64,000 nucleotides of DNA from Bacteriovoracaceae bacterium (GTDB taxonomy: Bacteria > Bdellovibrionota > Bacteriovoracia > Bacteriovoracales > Bacteriovoracaceae): NCBI GenBank assembly GCA_044356225.1, contig JBIKWR010000001.1, forward strand, positions 17,244 to 81,243, given 5' to 3'. This document shows positions 48,370-59,600 of the stretch, in pieces. Under the pieces are notes generated by a model that saw nothing but the letters and a program-made list of their open reading frames with translations, was not told the DNA's origin and searched no databases. The first letter of the stretch is position 1; each line of letters begins with the position of its first letter. The position numbers were made by a program, and so were the translations under genes.

Positions 48370-49275
48370 TTATTGTGAACAGGAAGAAAAAGTCACTAAG
48401 GTACCTAAGTCGGCAAATCCGGAATTCTTTTCAGGCCTTACTTGATAACATTGATAATGAGGGAAAAATAAAAATTGTTGATGACTTTTTTCAAGTATTT
48501 TTAAAATATCCAAAGGACACTTTTGGCGTAACAATTTGATTTTATCTTTTGCTGGCCGAGCAGGGACGGACCATGCTCCCTGAGGGTCAATTTTTAAATC
48601 ATAATACTGCCCATCAGCTTCCATCACAAAATAAAGTGCTGTCTGAGAAATGGAAACAGGAAGTTGGCCTACCGGAACTAAATAACTAAATTGTTTATTT
48701 TGATGAAAATAAAAAACCGGAGGTAGCGCCCAATGCTCTTGGTTTTTTAAAAAGTTTTTTTTATTTTTATGAGACGAATACCAAAGATTTTGTTTTTTGG
48801 TGTCCAAGACAAAAAATTGGCCCTCCCTTAATAATACAGGAGCTGAATGCTCGCTGGTTTTTTCTGGAGTTTTTAATGTTTGGTCACAAAATAAGTCCCA
48901 CCATACTCCTGGTAAATCAGTGTTTTGAACAAGTTGATTTTTTTGATTCGAGGAAGATGGAGAAAAAAGCGAATAGGCCTTAATCGGAAGGCCAAAACGC
49001 CCACGAAATTCTTCTATATTTTTGGCATCTGTCTTGTTTAATTCTTGCCACAATAAAAATCGTTTTCCCGTGGATTCATCACAAAACGAATTGAGGGGAC
49101 AACCTGCATTTGGGTGATCTTGTTCAATTGGTGGTAAGGATTCCGCAATTTGGGCAAAAACCTTAGTCTGAGTTAAAAATGGCGCAGAACATAGAGTAAA
49201 AATGAAAATTATATTGATCGTTAATCTTAAAATTATCCCTCTCCTGGTTGCTTCTAAATTCAAGATTTGATACAT
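48370..49275 (-). CDS. hypothetical exported protein
   Basis: 301 aa with signal-anchor/peptide LTINIIFIFTLCSAPFLTQTKVFAQ. I recognise no domain. Confidence 0.5.
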   Translation of the reverse strand: MYQILNLEATRRGIILRLTINIIFIFTLCSAPFLTQTKVFAQIAESLPPIEQDHPNAGCPLNSFCDESTGKRFLLWQELNKTDAKNIEEFRGRFGLPIKAYSLFSPSSSNQKNQLVQNTDLPGVWWDLFCDQTLKTPEKTSEHSAPVLLREGQFFVLDTKKQNLWYSSHKNKKNFLKNQEHWALPPVFYFHQNKQFSYLVPVGQLPVSISQTALYFVMEADGQYYDLKIDPQGAWSVPARPAKDKIKLLRQKCPLDILKILEKSHQQFLFFPHYQCYQVRPEKNSGFADLGTLVTFSSCSQ

Positions 49276-49464
49276 CTCATAGACCTCTTTTTCATTTTAT
49301 AACTTCTTTAAATGTTTGATAGATAAATAGTAAAATAGTAGGTTTATTTATCTAAAACGTTCAAGAGATTGCATGGAAATAAGTGGGACTGAAAATGAGT
49401 TATTGAAAGTATTAAGTAGATCGATAAACAGAAACTAAATTCTCTAAATTCTAGTGAGGAAAAT

Positions 49465-49581
49465 ATGAAAAAGTTAAAAAAATCTCGTAATAAGATCAAA
49501 AAAACCAAAAATGCTAAGAGCAAACTAAAGTTGCGCAGACTTGCGAGAAAAAGAAAGTTGCTAAAAAATCACGGTGCCTAA
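49465..49581 (+). CDS. small highly basic protein (38 aa), hypothetical
   Basis: Found manually; it is below the track cutoff. GAGGA lies 5 nt upstream of the ATG. Product is MKKLKKSRNKIKKTKNAKSKLKLRRLARKRKLLKNHGA. A 10-bp-stem hairpin follows. Confidence 0.35.
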   Translation: MKKLKKSRNKIKKTKNAKSKLKLRRLARKRKLLKNHGA

Positions 49582-49636
49582 CATCTTCTAACAATCACCT
49601 TTGATGTCTTTTTAATCAATTTTAAATTTTGATTAC

Positions 49637-49661
49637 GAAATGGGCCGTAGTGGCCCATTTC
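49637..49661 (+). terminator. hairpin downstream of the 38-aa ORF
   Basis: GAAATGGGCC-GTAGT-GGCCCATTTC forms a perfect 10-bp stem. There is no strong U-tract, so the role (terminator or leader structure) is uncertain. Confidence 0.4.
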
Positions 49662-49672
49662 AGCGTCTTTGT

Positions 49673-49688
49673 TCGCAATATATAGGGT
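49673..49688 (+). promoter_or_regulatory. NrdR box 1 (distal)
   Basis: TCGCAATATATAGGGT compared with the published NrdR-box consensus acaCwAtATaTwGtgt. It is followed immediately by TTGACA. Confidence 0.55.
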
Positions 49689-49714
49689 TATTGACAAAAA
49701 AATGACGGCCAAAA

Positions 49715-49730
49715 ACACAATATATAGTGT
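49715..49730 (+). promoter_or_regulatory. NrdR box 2 (proximal)
   Basis: ACACAATATATAGTGT matches the NrdR-box consensus at essentially every specified position. It overlaps a TTGACG -35-like hexamer and lies 115 bp upstream of the nrdJ start. Confidence 0.7.
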
Positions 49731-49844
49731 TGACGAATTCCTGAGAGTAGAAAATCATGAATGCACACCATTCATTTTGTATAAAAATGAAATTTTTTTA
49801 ACCAAATATTTTTTTAGAGACGAACTCAAGCAAGGAGCAGCTAA

Positions 49845-52800
49845 GTGAAAATCGCGCGGAAATTTACCCAGAAGAATTTGGGGCCTTACCATGGAATGGT
49901 ATTCGAAAAAAGAACCAGCCAAGTAAAAAATGTCGATGGATCAAGAAACTCGACGATGGAAGTGAGTGTTCCCCAATTTTGGTCGCAAGTGGCCACTGAT
50001 ATTTTGGCCCAAAAATACATGCGAAAAACGGGCGTACCTAAAAGAGACGACAAAGGGAAACTGATACTCGACGAACGCGATCAGCCGATGCTCGGTCCTG
50101 AAACTGAGGCGAAAGAAGTGGTCGATCGATTAGCGGGATGCTGGCGATCGTGGGGAGAAAAATTTCAATATTTTGATTCGAACGAAGATGCTCAAGCCTA
50201 TCAAGATGAAATGGCCTATATGTTGATCAATCAAATGGCGGCACCCAATAGCCCTCAATGGTTTAATACCGGGCTTTATTCTTCTTATGGCATCACTGGT
50301 TCCGCGCAAGGACACTATTATGTCGATCCCATCACGAAAGAATTGACCAAGTCCACCTCGGCTTATGAAAGACCACAACCCCATGCTTGTTTTATTCAAT
50401 CCATCAAAGATGATTTGGTGAATGAAGGTGGCATCATGGATTTATGGAATCGTGAGGCGCGACTGTTTAAATATGGTTCTGGAACAGGGACTAATTTTTC
50501 CAATATCCGCGGAAAAGGTGAAACTTTATCCGGTGGTGGAGCTTCTTCTGGTTTGATGTCTTTTTTAAAAATTGGCGATCGCGCTGCCGGTGCGATCAAA
50601 AGTGGAGGAACAACCAGAAGGGCGGCCAAAATGGTATGCCTCGATCTTAATCATCCAGATATTGAAGATTTTGTTTTATGGAAAGTGAAAGAAGAAAGAA
50701 AAGTCGCCAGCTTAGTCACTGGTTCAAAAATTTGTAAAAAACATCTCAAAGCGCTTTTTGATGCTATTTTTAATTCTGAATTAAAAGATGCTGCCAAGTA
50801 CGATCCTAAACAAAATCTAGTCCTGGCACGCGCCATTCAAAAAGCGAATCAAGATTTTGTGCCGATGAATTATGTGGCGCGAGCGATCGATTTGGCCAAA
50901 CAAGGTTATGGCCATATTGAATTTGAAACTTACGATACCGATTGGAATTCGGAAGCCTACGAAAGTGTTTCTGGCCAAAACTCAAATAACTCTATTCGTA
51001 TTCCTCATGCCTTTTTTGAGCGGCTTTCCCTCGATCAGATGTGGGAGCTTAAAAATCGTAATGAAGAAAAAGTAGTAAAAAAAATTAAGGCACGAGATCT
51101 GTGGCAAAAAATTGTGGATGCTGCCTGGCAATCAGCCGATCCAGGGGTACAGTACGATGATACCATCAATGAATGGCATACATGTCCTGTGGATGGCCGT
51201 ATCAACGCCAGCAATCCTTGTAGTGAGTACATGTTTTTAGATGACACTGCCTGCAACTTGGCCTCTTTAAATTTGGTGAAATTTCTAGATCCAGTCACCG
51301 GAATGTTTAATGTGGATGCCTTTGTTCACGCTTGTGAATTATGGACCATGACTTTAGAGATTTCAGTTTTAATGGCGCAATTCCCATCAAAAGAAATTGC
51401 TTTACGTAGTTTTCAATACCGCACACTGGGTTTGGGTTATGCCAATATTGGTGCTCTGTTAATGATTCTGGGAATTCCTTATGATAGCGATCAAGGTCGC
51501 CATTTTACCGCCGCTATCACCTCCATTATGGGTGGGGTGACTTACAAAGTTTCTGCTTTAATGGCCAAAGAGTTAGGATCTTTTGAACGTTATGAGGCGA
51601 ACAAAGAAGCGATGTTAAATGTTATCAGAAATCATCGTTTAGCAACTTATGGCGCTAATGCAGAAAAATTTAAGGGCCTGACCATCACACCACAGGTTTT
51701 AAGTCAAAAAATTACCGATAGTTATTTATTAACCATCGCCAAAAAAGTTTGGGATGAGGCCTTAGAGTTAGGAGAAAAATTTGGCTATCGAAATGCTCAA
51801 ACCACCGTGATTGCACCCACCGGGACCATTGGTTTAGTGATGGATTGTGATACCACGGGAATCGAGCCGGATTTTTCCTTGGTGAAATTTAAAAAATTGG
51901 CGGGTGGTGGATATTTCAAAATTATCAACCAATCGGTACCTGCTGCCTTAAGAAATCTGGGTTATAGCGAAAAGAAAATCGGGGATATCGTTCGTTATGC
52001 AGTAGGCGCGGCAACGTTAAAAGGTTGTCCACATGTGAATGAAGAGACACTCAAGGCCAAAGGACTAACTTCGACGGAACTGAAAAAAGTCGAGGCCGGA
52101 CTTGAGAGCGCTTTTGATATTTCTTTTGCTTTTGCTCGCTATGTTTTAGGGGATGATTTTTTAAAAAATCAATTAAAGCTAAGTGAAGCAGTCATCAATT
52201 CACCAGATTTTAATTTGTTGGTGCATTTAGGCTTTACGCAAGAACAAATTTTGGCCGCCAACAATTATGTTTGTGGAACCATGTCGTTAGAAGGTGCGCC
52301 CGGTTTAAAAGAAGAGCATTTACCCGTTTTTGATTGCGCTTCTCAATGTGGCCGTTACGGGACTCGCGTGATCAGTTATCAGGCGCATATCAAGATGATG
52401 GCCGCGGCCCAACCTTATTTATCAGGTGCTATTTCTAAAACCATCAATATGCCCAACAATGCTTTGGTGTCAGATGTTGCTGATGCCTATGAACTTTCTT
52501 GGAAATTAGGAACGAAGGCGATGGCGCTTTACCGAGATGGTTCAAAACTCAGTCAACCACTCAATGCTTCCGCTTTTGAAGATTTAGGACTCAATTTATT
52601 TGATCCCGGAGTTTCAGAGCAAGAACGCATCATGAAGGTTTCTGAAAAAATTGTGGAAAGAATTATTTACAAAGAAGTATCCAAAAGAAAAACTTTGCCC
52701 AATCGTCGTTCAGGCTACACCCAAAAGGCGAATATTGCCGGTCATAAAATTTATATTCGCACCGGCGAATACGACAACGGAACCTTGGGTGAAATTTTCA

Positions 52801-53357
52801 TCGATATGCATAAAGAAGGGGCGGCCTATCGCTCTTTGATGAACTGTTTCTCCATCGCTATCTCTCTTGGTCTCCAATATGGAGTCCCACTGGAAGAGTT
52901 TGTGGATGCTTTCACTTTTACGCGATTTGAACCCAATGGCATGGTCAGTGGGCACGATAATATAAAAATGGCGACTTCCGTGATCGATTATATCTTCCGC
53001 GATTTGGCCTTTAGGTATTTGGATCGATTTGACCTAGTTCATGTAAAACCAGAACAGTTAAAACCTGATGCCATCCATGATGAATCGGAAAAAGAAGAGC
53101 CCTTATTGGCGATTATGGAAGGCCTTGAAGTCCAACAAGAAGTTCTGCATGATGATGGTCGAGTTTCTATGAAGGCCCATCAAGTTTTTTCCCACGAGGC
53201 GGATGCTAAGATGTTGAAAGAACAGAAAAAAAGACAAGAGGCCAAGCTTAAAGGATATGAAGGTGAACCCTGTCCAGAATGTCAGGCCCTGACTTTAGTG
53301 AGAAATGGTTCGTGCTTAAAATGTGATTCTTGTGGTGCTACAACTGGATGCTCATAA
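49845..53357 (+). CDS. nrdJ: class II (adenosylcobalamin-dependent) ribonucleoside-triphosphate/diphosphate reductase
   Basis: 1170 aa with active-site [16 protein letters not shown], and a C-terminal Cys cluster [19 protein letters not shown] lies 7 nt upstream of the GTG start. Confidence 0.9.
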   Translation: MKIARKFTQKNLGPYHGMVFEKRTSQVKNVDGSRNSTMEVSVPQFWSQVATDILAQKYMRKTGVPKRDDKGKLILDERDQPMLGPETEAKEVVDRLAGCWRSWGEKFQYFDSNEDAQAYQDEMAYMLINQMAAPNSPQWFNTGLYSSYGITGSAQGHYYVDPITKELTKSTSAYERPQPHACFIQSIKDDLVNEGGIMDLWNREARLFKYGSGTGTNFSNIRGKGETLSGGGASSGLMSFLKIGDRAAGAIKSGGTTRRAAKMVCLDLNHPDIEDFVLWKVKEERKVASLVTGSKICKKHLKALFDAIFNSELKDAAKYDPKQNLVLARAIQKANQDFVPMNYVARAIDLAKQGYGHIEFETYDTDWNSEAYESVSGQNSNNSIRIPHAFFERLSLDQMWELKNRNEEKVVKKIKARDLWQKIVDAAWQSADPGVQYDDTINEWHTCPVDGRINASNPCSEYMFLDDTACNLASLNLVKFLDPVTGMFNVDAFVHACELWTMTLEISVLMAQFPSKEIALRSFQYRTLGLGYANIGALLMILGIPYDSDQGRHFTAAITSIMGGVTYKVSALMAKELGSFERYEANKEAMLNVIRNHRLATYGANAEKFKGLTITPQVLSQKITDSYLLTIAKKVWDEALELGEKFGYRNAQTTVIAPTGTIGLVMDCDTTGIEPDFSLVKFKKLAGGGYFKIINQSVPAALRNLGYSEKKIGDIVRYAVGAATLKGCPHVNEETLKAKGLTSTELKKVEAGLESAFDISFAFARYVLGDDFLKNQLKLSEAVINSPDFNLLVHLGFTQEQILAANNYVCGTMSLEGAPGLKEEHLPVFDCASQCGRYGTRVISYQAHIKMMAAAQPYLSGAISKTINMPNNALVSDVADAYELSWKLGTKAMALYRDGSKLSQPLNASAFEDLGLNLFDPGVSEQERIMKVSEKIVERIIYKEVSKRKTLPNRRSGYTQKANIAGHKIYIRTGEYDNGTLGEIFIDMHKEGAAYRSLMNCFSIAISLGLQYGVPLEEFVDAFTFTRFEPNGMVSGHDNIKMATSVIDYIFRDLAFRYLDRFDLVHVKPEQLKPDAIHDESEKEEPLLAIMEGLEVQQEVLHDDGRVSMKAHQVFSHEADAKMLKEQKKRQEAKLKGYEGEPCPECQALTLVRNGSCLKCDSCGATTGCS

Positions 53358-53385
53358 AAATAGTTTGAAAATTTGAGAATAAAAA

Positions 53386-53414
53386 AGGCCCTGGAAACAG
53401 GGCCTGATTTTTTT
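53386..53414 (+). terminator. intrinsic terminator of nrdJ
   Basis: AGGCCCTG-GAAA-CAGGGCCT forms a perfect 8-bp GC-rich stem with a GNRA-like loop, followed by GATTTTTTT. Confidence 0.8.
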
Positions 53415-53423
53415 AAGCGATGA

Positions 53424-53486
53424 CTATTTCGCTTTCTTTTTGCTCGCTTTTTTCTTAGTCGCTTTCTTTTTGGCTTTTTTCGCCAT
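53424..53486 (-). CDS. tiny lysine-rich ORF (20 aa), speculative
   Basis: Found manually. GGAG (53496-53493) lies 6 nt upstream of ATG 53486. Product is MAKKAKKKATKKKASKKKAK. The coding DNA contains a duplicated TCGCTTTCTTTTTG motif. Confidence 0.25.
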   Translation of the reverse strand: MAKKAKKKATKKKASKKKAK

Positions 53487-53604
53487 AATTGACTCCTGGT
53501 TTGAGTTAAATGGCCTAAACATGTTATGCCATATACAGATATTATAACTCAAACATCGACTTAGTGAAAAAAATCTTAAATAAATTATAAAAAAAATAGG
53601 ATTT

Positions 53605-54087
53605 TTATTTTTTATGGATCATCTTGGCCAATCGTTTTCTTGATTGCACTCTTTTTTGAGCATTTTTAAAACGCCGAATTTCATCTTTTGATTTAACTAA
53701 AATTCCTGGGACTTTCGCGGGTTTACGATTTTCATCCAGACAAACAAAAGTGAGATAAGCACTGGTGGTAATTTGAGTTTCACCGGTGGTAGGATCCTCA
53801 CTTTGAACTTTGACTCCCACTTCTAAAGAAGTTTGGCCAACATAATTGACCATCGCCTTAATCAACACGTGATCGCCCATTTTTACTGGCGCTTTAAAAC
53901 TTAGTTCATCCACGTGCACGGTCACCACGGGAGCTCGGCAATGCCTGGCCGCGGCCATCGCTGCGGCAATATCCACCCAGGCCATAATTTGGCCACCGAA
54001 AATTGTACCTTGGGGGTTGGTGTGGTTGGGCATAACCAGCTCGCGCATTTCTACCGCCGAGTCACGAGGGGATTTTTTACTTTTCAT
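53605..54087 (-). CDS. acyl-CoA thioesterase (hotdog fold, YciA-like)
   Basis: VMPNHTNPQGTIFGGQIMAWVDIAA is typical of the family. The protein is 160 aa with a basic tail. Confidence 0.85.
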   Translation of the reverse strand: MKSKKSPRDSAVEMRELVMPNHTNPQGTIFGGQIMAWVDIAAAMAAARHCRAPVVTVHVDELSFKAPVKMGDHVLIKAMVNYVGQTSLEVGVKVQSEDPTTGETQITTSAYLTFVCLDENRKPAKVPGILVKSKDEIRRFKNAQKRVQSRKRLAKMIHKK

Positions 54088-54947
54088 CTGAAAGTCCTTT
54101 GATGAATTCGTTTTTGTAACAGCTCTTTAAACCAAAAAATAAACCAAAAAATGATAAAAAAGAAAAAATAGCTCAAGGCGAGGGTTGCCCCTGGTGGAAG
54201 ATTATGCCAGTTGGCCAAGAATAAACCCACCACCGCCGCTCCCAAAGAAAAGAGGATGGAGTACCAAAAGGTTTGATAAATATTTTGGGCGTATTTAATG
54301 GCAAAAGCGCCGGGAATAATCAAAAGAGCATTAATTAAAATGGTGCCTGCCAGTTTCATGGAGCAAACAATTAAAAAGGCCAAGGCAAAAATAAGCAGAA
54401 AATGATAACGAACCACGGGAATGCCATTCACTTGCGCCCCTACTTCATCATAAACAAAAAATAGTATTTTTCTAAAATTGAGACTGATGATCAAAAAGAC
54501 CAGCAGACATAAGAAGAGCTGAAAAACTAAATCAAAAAGGGTCAAAGTGAGGATATTGCCAAAAAGAATGCTCATCATTTGTGATTGGCCAGCAGGGGAT
54601 AAGGAAAAAAGAATAATGCCAGAAGATAATGTCCCCACCAAAAAAATGCCGATCACCGCATCGCTGGGAATTTTTTGTTTGAGAGTCCCATAGGCCAAAA
54701 AAAGAGAAATGATTAAGGTAAAAAGCAGGCCGGAGAGAAAAATATTCTGCGGCGATTGGATCTGCCAAACACCAACGGTCAAGGCCATGGCGAGCACTGT
54801 ACTATGAGAAATGCCTTCGCCAATAAAGGCATATTTTTTGGCCACTAAGATGGGACTGATCAGACCACAAGTTAAGGCCAAGAGAATCGCTCCCACGAGT
54901 GCTTTGGCCAAAAAGTCATAATGAATAAAATCACTAAAAAATTCCAC
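54084..54947 (-). CDS. metal (Zn/Mn-type) ABC transporter permease, ABC-3 family
   Basis: 287 aa, polytopic (about 8-9 hydrophobic helices). It sits immediately downstream of the matching ATPase and binding protein. Confidence 0.8.
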   Translation of the reverse strand: MEFFSDFIHYDFLAKALVGAILLALTCGLISPILVAKKYAFIGEGISHSTVLAMALTVGVWQIQSPQNIFLSGLLFTLIISLFLAYGTLKQKIPSDAVIGIFLVGTLSSGIILFSLSPAGQSQMMSILFGNILTLTLFDLVFQLFLCLLVFLIISLNFRKILFFVYDEVGAQVNGIPVVRYHFLLIFALAFLIVCSMKLAGTILINALLIIPGAFAIKYAQNIYQTFWYSILFSLGAAVVGLFLANWHNLPPGATLALSYFFFFIIFWFIFWFKELLQKRIHQRTFR

Positions 54948-54949
54948 GT

Positions 54950-55759
54950 TTACGCTTTTCCTTGGTTGTTAGTAGCAGTTTTTGGGTGAAGATGATGATC
55001 ACCTTGATGCTGGCACTCTTGATGGTGGTGATCCAAAGAGTCCATTTTGGGAGTGGTATGATGGATCAGTAAGTGTTCAAACTCACAGTGATAAATTTCT
55101 TCTAGAACATCTTTGGTGAGTAGCTCTTTTTGGTTATGCCAATGGAGCGTTTTATTCAAGCAAATTAGTTTGTCGGAATAGGGAATGATATGTGCCAAGT
55201 TGTGATCCACAATCGCCAACGATGTTTGAAACTGTTTTTTTAATTTATTCAGGAGAAAAAAAAGTTGATCTTGGCCCTTGGAATCAAGGCCATTACTGGG
55301 TTCGTCTAATAAAAGCATTTGCGGTTGTTGACCAATCGCTCGACCAATCAGCACTCGCTGTTTTTCTCCACCCGACAAATGCCTCACTTGCTCATTTTCT
55401 TTTCCTGCCATGCCAATCAAGTCTAAAACTTCTGCCACCGGCAGAACTTGACGAGGATTAAGTCGCAGCACTTCTTGCACGGTTAAGGGGAGTAAATGAT
55501 TAAGGGATTCTTGTTGAGGAACGTAGGCGAGGAGACCTAGTTTTTGAAAACTGGCAAGCTTTGCCTGCTGCTGATCGATCAGGATTTCCCCTTCCGTAGG
55601 AGTGATCAGACCGGCCAAAATTTTGAGCAAGGTGGTTTTTCCGCCGCCATTGGGGCCCACGATGCCAATGGTTTCACCTTGATTAATCGTAAAACTGATA
55701 TTTTTGAGGATGGGTGTTTTTTGATAAAAAAAACCCACAGACTTAAGCTCTAAAATCAT
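54950..55759 (-). CDS. metal ABC transporter ATP-binding protein with His-rich C-terminal tail
   Basis: Walker A GPNGGGKTT, signature LSGGEKQR and Walker B LLLDEP. The tail is HHTTPKMDSLDHHHQECQHQGDHHLHPK. Confidence 0.9.
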   Translation of the reverse strand: MILELKSVGFFYQKTPILKNISFTINQGETIGIVGPNGGGKTTLLKILAGLITPTEGEILIDQQQAKLASFQKLGLLAYVPQQESLNHLLPLTVQEVLRLNPRQVLPVAEVLDLIGMAGKENEQVRHLSGGEKQRVLIGRAIGQQPQMLLLDEPSNGLDSKGQDQLFFLLNKLKKQFQTSLAIVDHNLAHIIPYSDKLICLNKTLHWHNQKELLTKDVLEEIYHCEFEHLLIHHTTPKMDSLDHHHQECQHQGDHHLHPKTATNNQGKA

Positions 55760-55762
55760 GAT

Positions 55763-56590
55763 TTATTTTAGCTCATTCACAGCGTTGATCAAACTTTTTA
55801 ATGGCGAAGTCCAATCTTTACCTGCGGGAATGAACACCGGATTCCAATGAATAACGTAATCTTGTGGGCGTCGGTGTTTTAAGAGGTGTTGATCCAAAGG
55901 CTTAAATTGGCCTTCGATGATAAAAAGCACTTTAGATTTTTGGTCTTGTAATAAATTTTGCAACTCCTTGGCCGCTTTGGTCTTCATTTCATCATGATGA
56001 TGGCCACTTCTAAGTGCCAAGGTTTTTAAACCGGCATTTCGAAAATAACTGAGAACAGTATCGTGAGAGGAGACCACCGCGGTGAAAGGGAAATTTTTTT
56101 GGGTGTAAAAGGCCTTTTCAGCTAAACTAAAATCCGTTTCAAAAGGGCAGGGAGTTTTTAAGTCGCGATTAAAATACGTGGTAAAATGCTGCTGGATTTG
56201 CTGGTCGATTAAACATGCCGCTTCGGCAGACAACCAAAAGTGCGGATTGAGGTTTTTAGGTAAGGTTAAAGTCAAAACTTTTTTAGGGTAAAGTTTAATT
56301 AACTGTTTTCCCCATTCTAAAGCTTCGATCGGGCCAAGAATAATTAGATCGGCCTTCATTAAAGCTTTAATCATATCAGGTGTGAGTTCAAAATCGTGCA
56401 AGTCTTGATCGGTTTGCACTAAAGACTCCACCTCAAACTTGACAATTTTTTTAACTAAAATCTGATGCACTCGATGGGCCAAGATAGGGGAGCTAGTTTT
56501 AATCGTCAGTTGACTAAAATCCACTTCTGCTCGAGCACTTTGCATGAGGGAAAAAAACCACAGAACAAAATGGAGCAAATAAAATTTCAT
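55763..56590 (-). CDS. periplasmic metal-binding protein (TroA/ZnuA cluster A-I like)
   Basis: Signal peptide, about 275 aa, short HHHDE patch. The call is supported by operon context with the ABC-3 permease and ATPase. Confidence 0.7.
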   Translation of the reverse strand: MKFYLLHFVLWFFSLMQSARAEVDFSQLTIKTSSPILAHRVHQILVKKIVKFEVESLVQTDQDLHDFELTPDMIKALMKADLIILGPIEALEWGKQLIKLYPKKVLTLTLPKNLNPHFWLSAEAACLIDQQIQQHFTTYFNRDLKTPCPFETDFSLAEKAFYTQKNFPFTAVVSSHDTVLSYFRNAGLKTLALRSGHHHDEMKTKAAKELQNLLQDQKSKVLFIIEGQFKPLDQHLLKHRRPQDYVIHWNPVFIPAGKDWTSPLKSLINAVNELK

Positions 56591-56628
56591 CGCTGCTTCG
56601 TATCATAGGAGGTGAATAGTGGCAATTG

Positions 56629-59600
56629 CTACTGACAGTAAAGGTGGTGATTCCAGCGATACCCATTTTGAAATTGGTTAAAACCGCGTGGGTTGTCGGG
56701 GTCAGTGTCATCATCAATATCTTCAGGACTATCGAGAAGGCCATAGACCCGGGTGAGCGATCCATCGGATGATCCAAATGAACCACTGTTCGGCTGGCCT
56801 GGATAATGGCCAAAAGCACCCCCAGCAATCACCGTGCCCGAACTACAGAAGGCCTCGCCTATATTGCGAATTTTATTTCTCACTGTATCGTTGTAAAGCG
56901 GCTCACCGGTCATGGAGTTAAAATCAGTTTCGATTAAACCACCACCTGGGAGATCCTCATCAATGCCTTCACCCGAGATAAATTTATTAAAATAAACATG
57001 CAGATCAAGCCCCGATGGCATCATGCAAGTGATTTCGCCAGTGCTGATATCGGCGACACCGTGGTTAGAGCAGCACTTGGTTTGATCGGTGACGATCGAG
57101 CCAATAGGCGCGCAGCAACTGAATTCGCTGGCGGAGAATATTTTATCCAGCGCCACTCCATCCACATAGCTCACTTGATTGCGCGAACCAACCGTTTCGG
57201 CGACGGTTTTAGTGTTATCATAAAACGCTGCGGGAGTGAGAGGAGCATTGGCATCTGCCGAACCCGTGGTGTAGTTAAAAGAAGGAGCACCAGCAATAAA
57301 AGTGGTCCAGTCAGCATCGTTGAGGAAAATTCCACCCACCATATTGCCTTGTTCATCGTTACAAGAAATTGGTTCGTAGAGAATTTGCGGGACACCGATG
57401 AGTTCAAGGCGGCCAAGTTTGGAGAGGTAATAAAATTCATTGCCCGGAGTGAGACCGACTTCTGGATCAGCGGCGACTGAACCACTATGACCAATCACGT
57501 TGTTGGGAATAAAATTTATTCTCACTGCCGCCTGATCAAGACTTCCTAGTCCTGGATTATGTTTGACATAGAGAATACCAGTCGCGGTGTCGTAACATTC
57601 AGAATTAACCGCCGCACCCACCATATTAGCGGTACAAGGCATCGCTACATTGGCCACCGCCGTGATCGTAGTGAAACTGCCATTGGTGAGGTAATTGACA
57701 ATATCGATATCAAAACTGGCCTCCAGCGGATCGATGTAGCCGGGTAATTTAAAAGCGATGTAGTCGTCATTAACCGTTCCAAAAGTAAAGTCTGATTGTA
57801 AAAGTGCACCCACCGCCGAGACAAAACGAGTTAACGGAGCAAAGGGCGTGTACTCGGTGAGGTTATCAAAAGGAATTTCAGTATAGGAATCAATCGTGGC
57901 CGTAAAGGTTGCTGGTCGAACCGGATAAATAATGCTGTTAGTGGTGCCTGGGGTGAACGCAAATTGTGGGCAACCACCAAACTCCACAAAAAAGCACATA
58001 TTACTAAAATCGATATCGTAATTGGATTGTAAAGTTCCAGCGGGTTTTTCCTTATAAATAGTATGGCGATAATTTACACACTGAAATTCTGAAACATCTA
58101 AATTGAGGCGAGTGTTATTGGTCCAATCATGGGTCCCATCGGCAAATTGTCTGACCCATCCTCCACCGCAACAGGTTTTTTCACCAGCGCGTTTAAAAGT
58201 CAGCCATTGAAAAGGTAGCGGCACTTCGCCGGCGTCAAATTCCGGAGCTTGAGGACGAACAGCAACGGTGGCGATCGCGACATTTAAATCTTCCACTACC
58301 GCATAACGAGAGTAGCGACGAGCAGTCATCGGGTTGTCCGCCAAAAAAGGTAAGTCGGTAACTCCCACACGTGCCAGTTGGCCAGAAGGATCGCCTTCTG
58401 GATCATTGGCGGTGATCATCGTAAATTTTTGGCCTTGAGCGCGGCAACAGCGATTTTCACTGATATCAAAGTCGGCAAAGAGCACGGAATTAAGAGCTGG
58501 TACCGGATTTTGTTGGCCACATATCATCGACTCTTGCCAATAATTTTTTTCAGCAGTGGAACCACCAAAAAAAGATGTGGCAAATTGCGCAGCGGTGGTG
58601 GCGTGAAGAGCATTGGGAGAACAATCCAAATCGGAATGACAAACTGCTCCTGGTCGCCTGAAACATGCGTCTTGGACTATTGAAGGAGTGACGATCGAGC
58701 TGAATGTACCAATGGCATTTTTTTCGATGTTAACAAAGGCCGACGTTCCACCTGCATTTTTAGCTCCCGCTCCACAAGTATTTTGCAATCTTAATTGTTG
58801 TTGATCGGCGGCACTGGTGAAGGTTGGGGTGGTGATAAAAGTATAATCGCCAGAAGTGGGATCGAGCATGGGACAAGACTGCACGCGGTTAAGGCCAGTA
58901 GTGGCGCTATTACAACTGCCCACCTGACTAATGTAATCGGTGCGGTTTTGATTGTCGCGATTAGCATGCTGTGTTTCCATGTGCGGATTAGCATTGGTGT
59001 CGATAAATTTTCCCGGTTGGCAAATTCCATAATCGTCATCGGTGGCAAAACTACTATGCTGATTATCGAGATTGGCCTCTAAAGTTGAGATAACGGCATT
59101 AGGTAAACTGACGCTGCCATTAAGATATTTTTCCGGTCGGCCTAAAACATTTGCCTCTTTACCAAAAAGTATATTGTCGGCTAATAAAGGAGTGCGAATG
59201 ATTTCGTCGTTAAAAGATTGAGTAATTTTTTTACACCAAAAATTAGGAGCACAAGTAAAATTTTTGCGTATGCTAAGAGGAAGGGCAGAGTAGTTTTGTT
59301 TACATACAGAACCCGATCCGCGGTAGACACATCGTTTTTTGGTAGTGGCCTTCAGTCCACCGACAATGATCTTACTGAGAAATTTTGAATCAGCGGTATT
59401 CACATTTTCATCTTCATCGGTAAATGTCGGCCATAGTGTTTTGACACTATTAATGTTGGCGCACATGTACTCCCAACCCAGCTTTGTCACACAATCGGTA
59501 TCGTCATCACACAAGTGATACTGCTGGCAACTAGCACCTTGATTTTGACTAGGGTTGTTCATCGTCAAGTCAGGATCAAAGTCATACTTGGCGACCGTAT

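Noticed and set aside
49582-49844. Cobalamin riboswitch in the long nrdJ leader.
   Set aside because: I could not find a B12-box-like core or the expected paired regions. The leader instead contains tandem NrdR boxes. An Rfam scan would be the decisive test.
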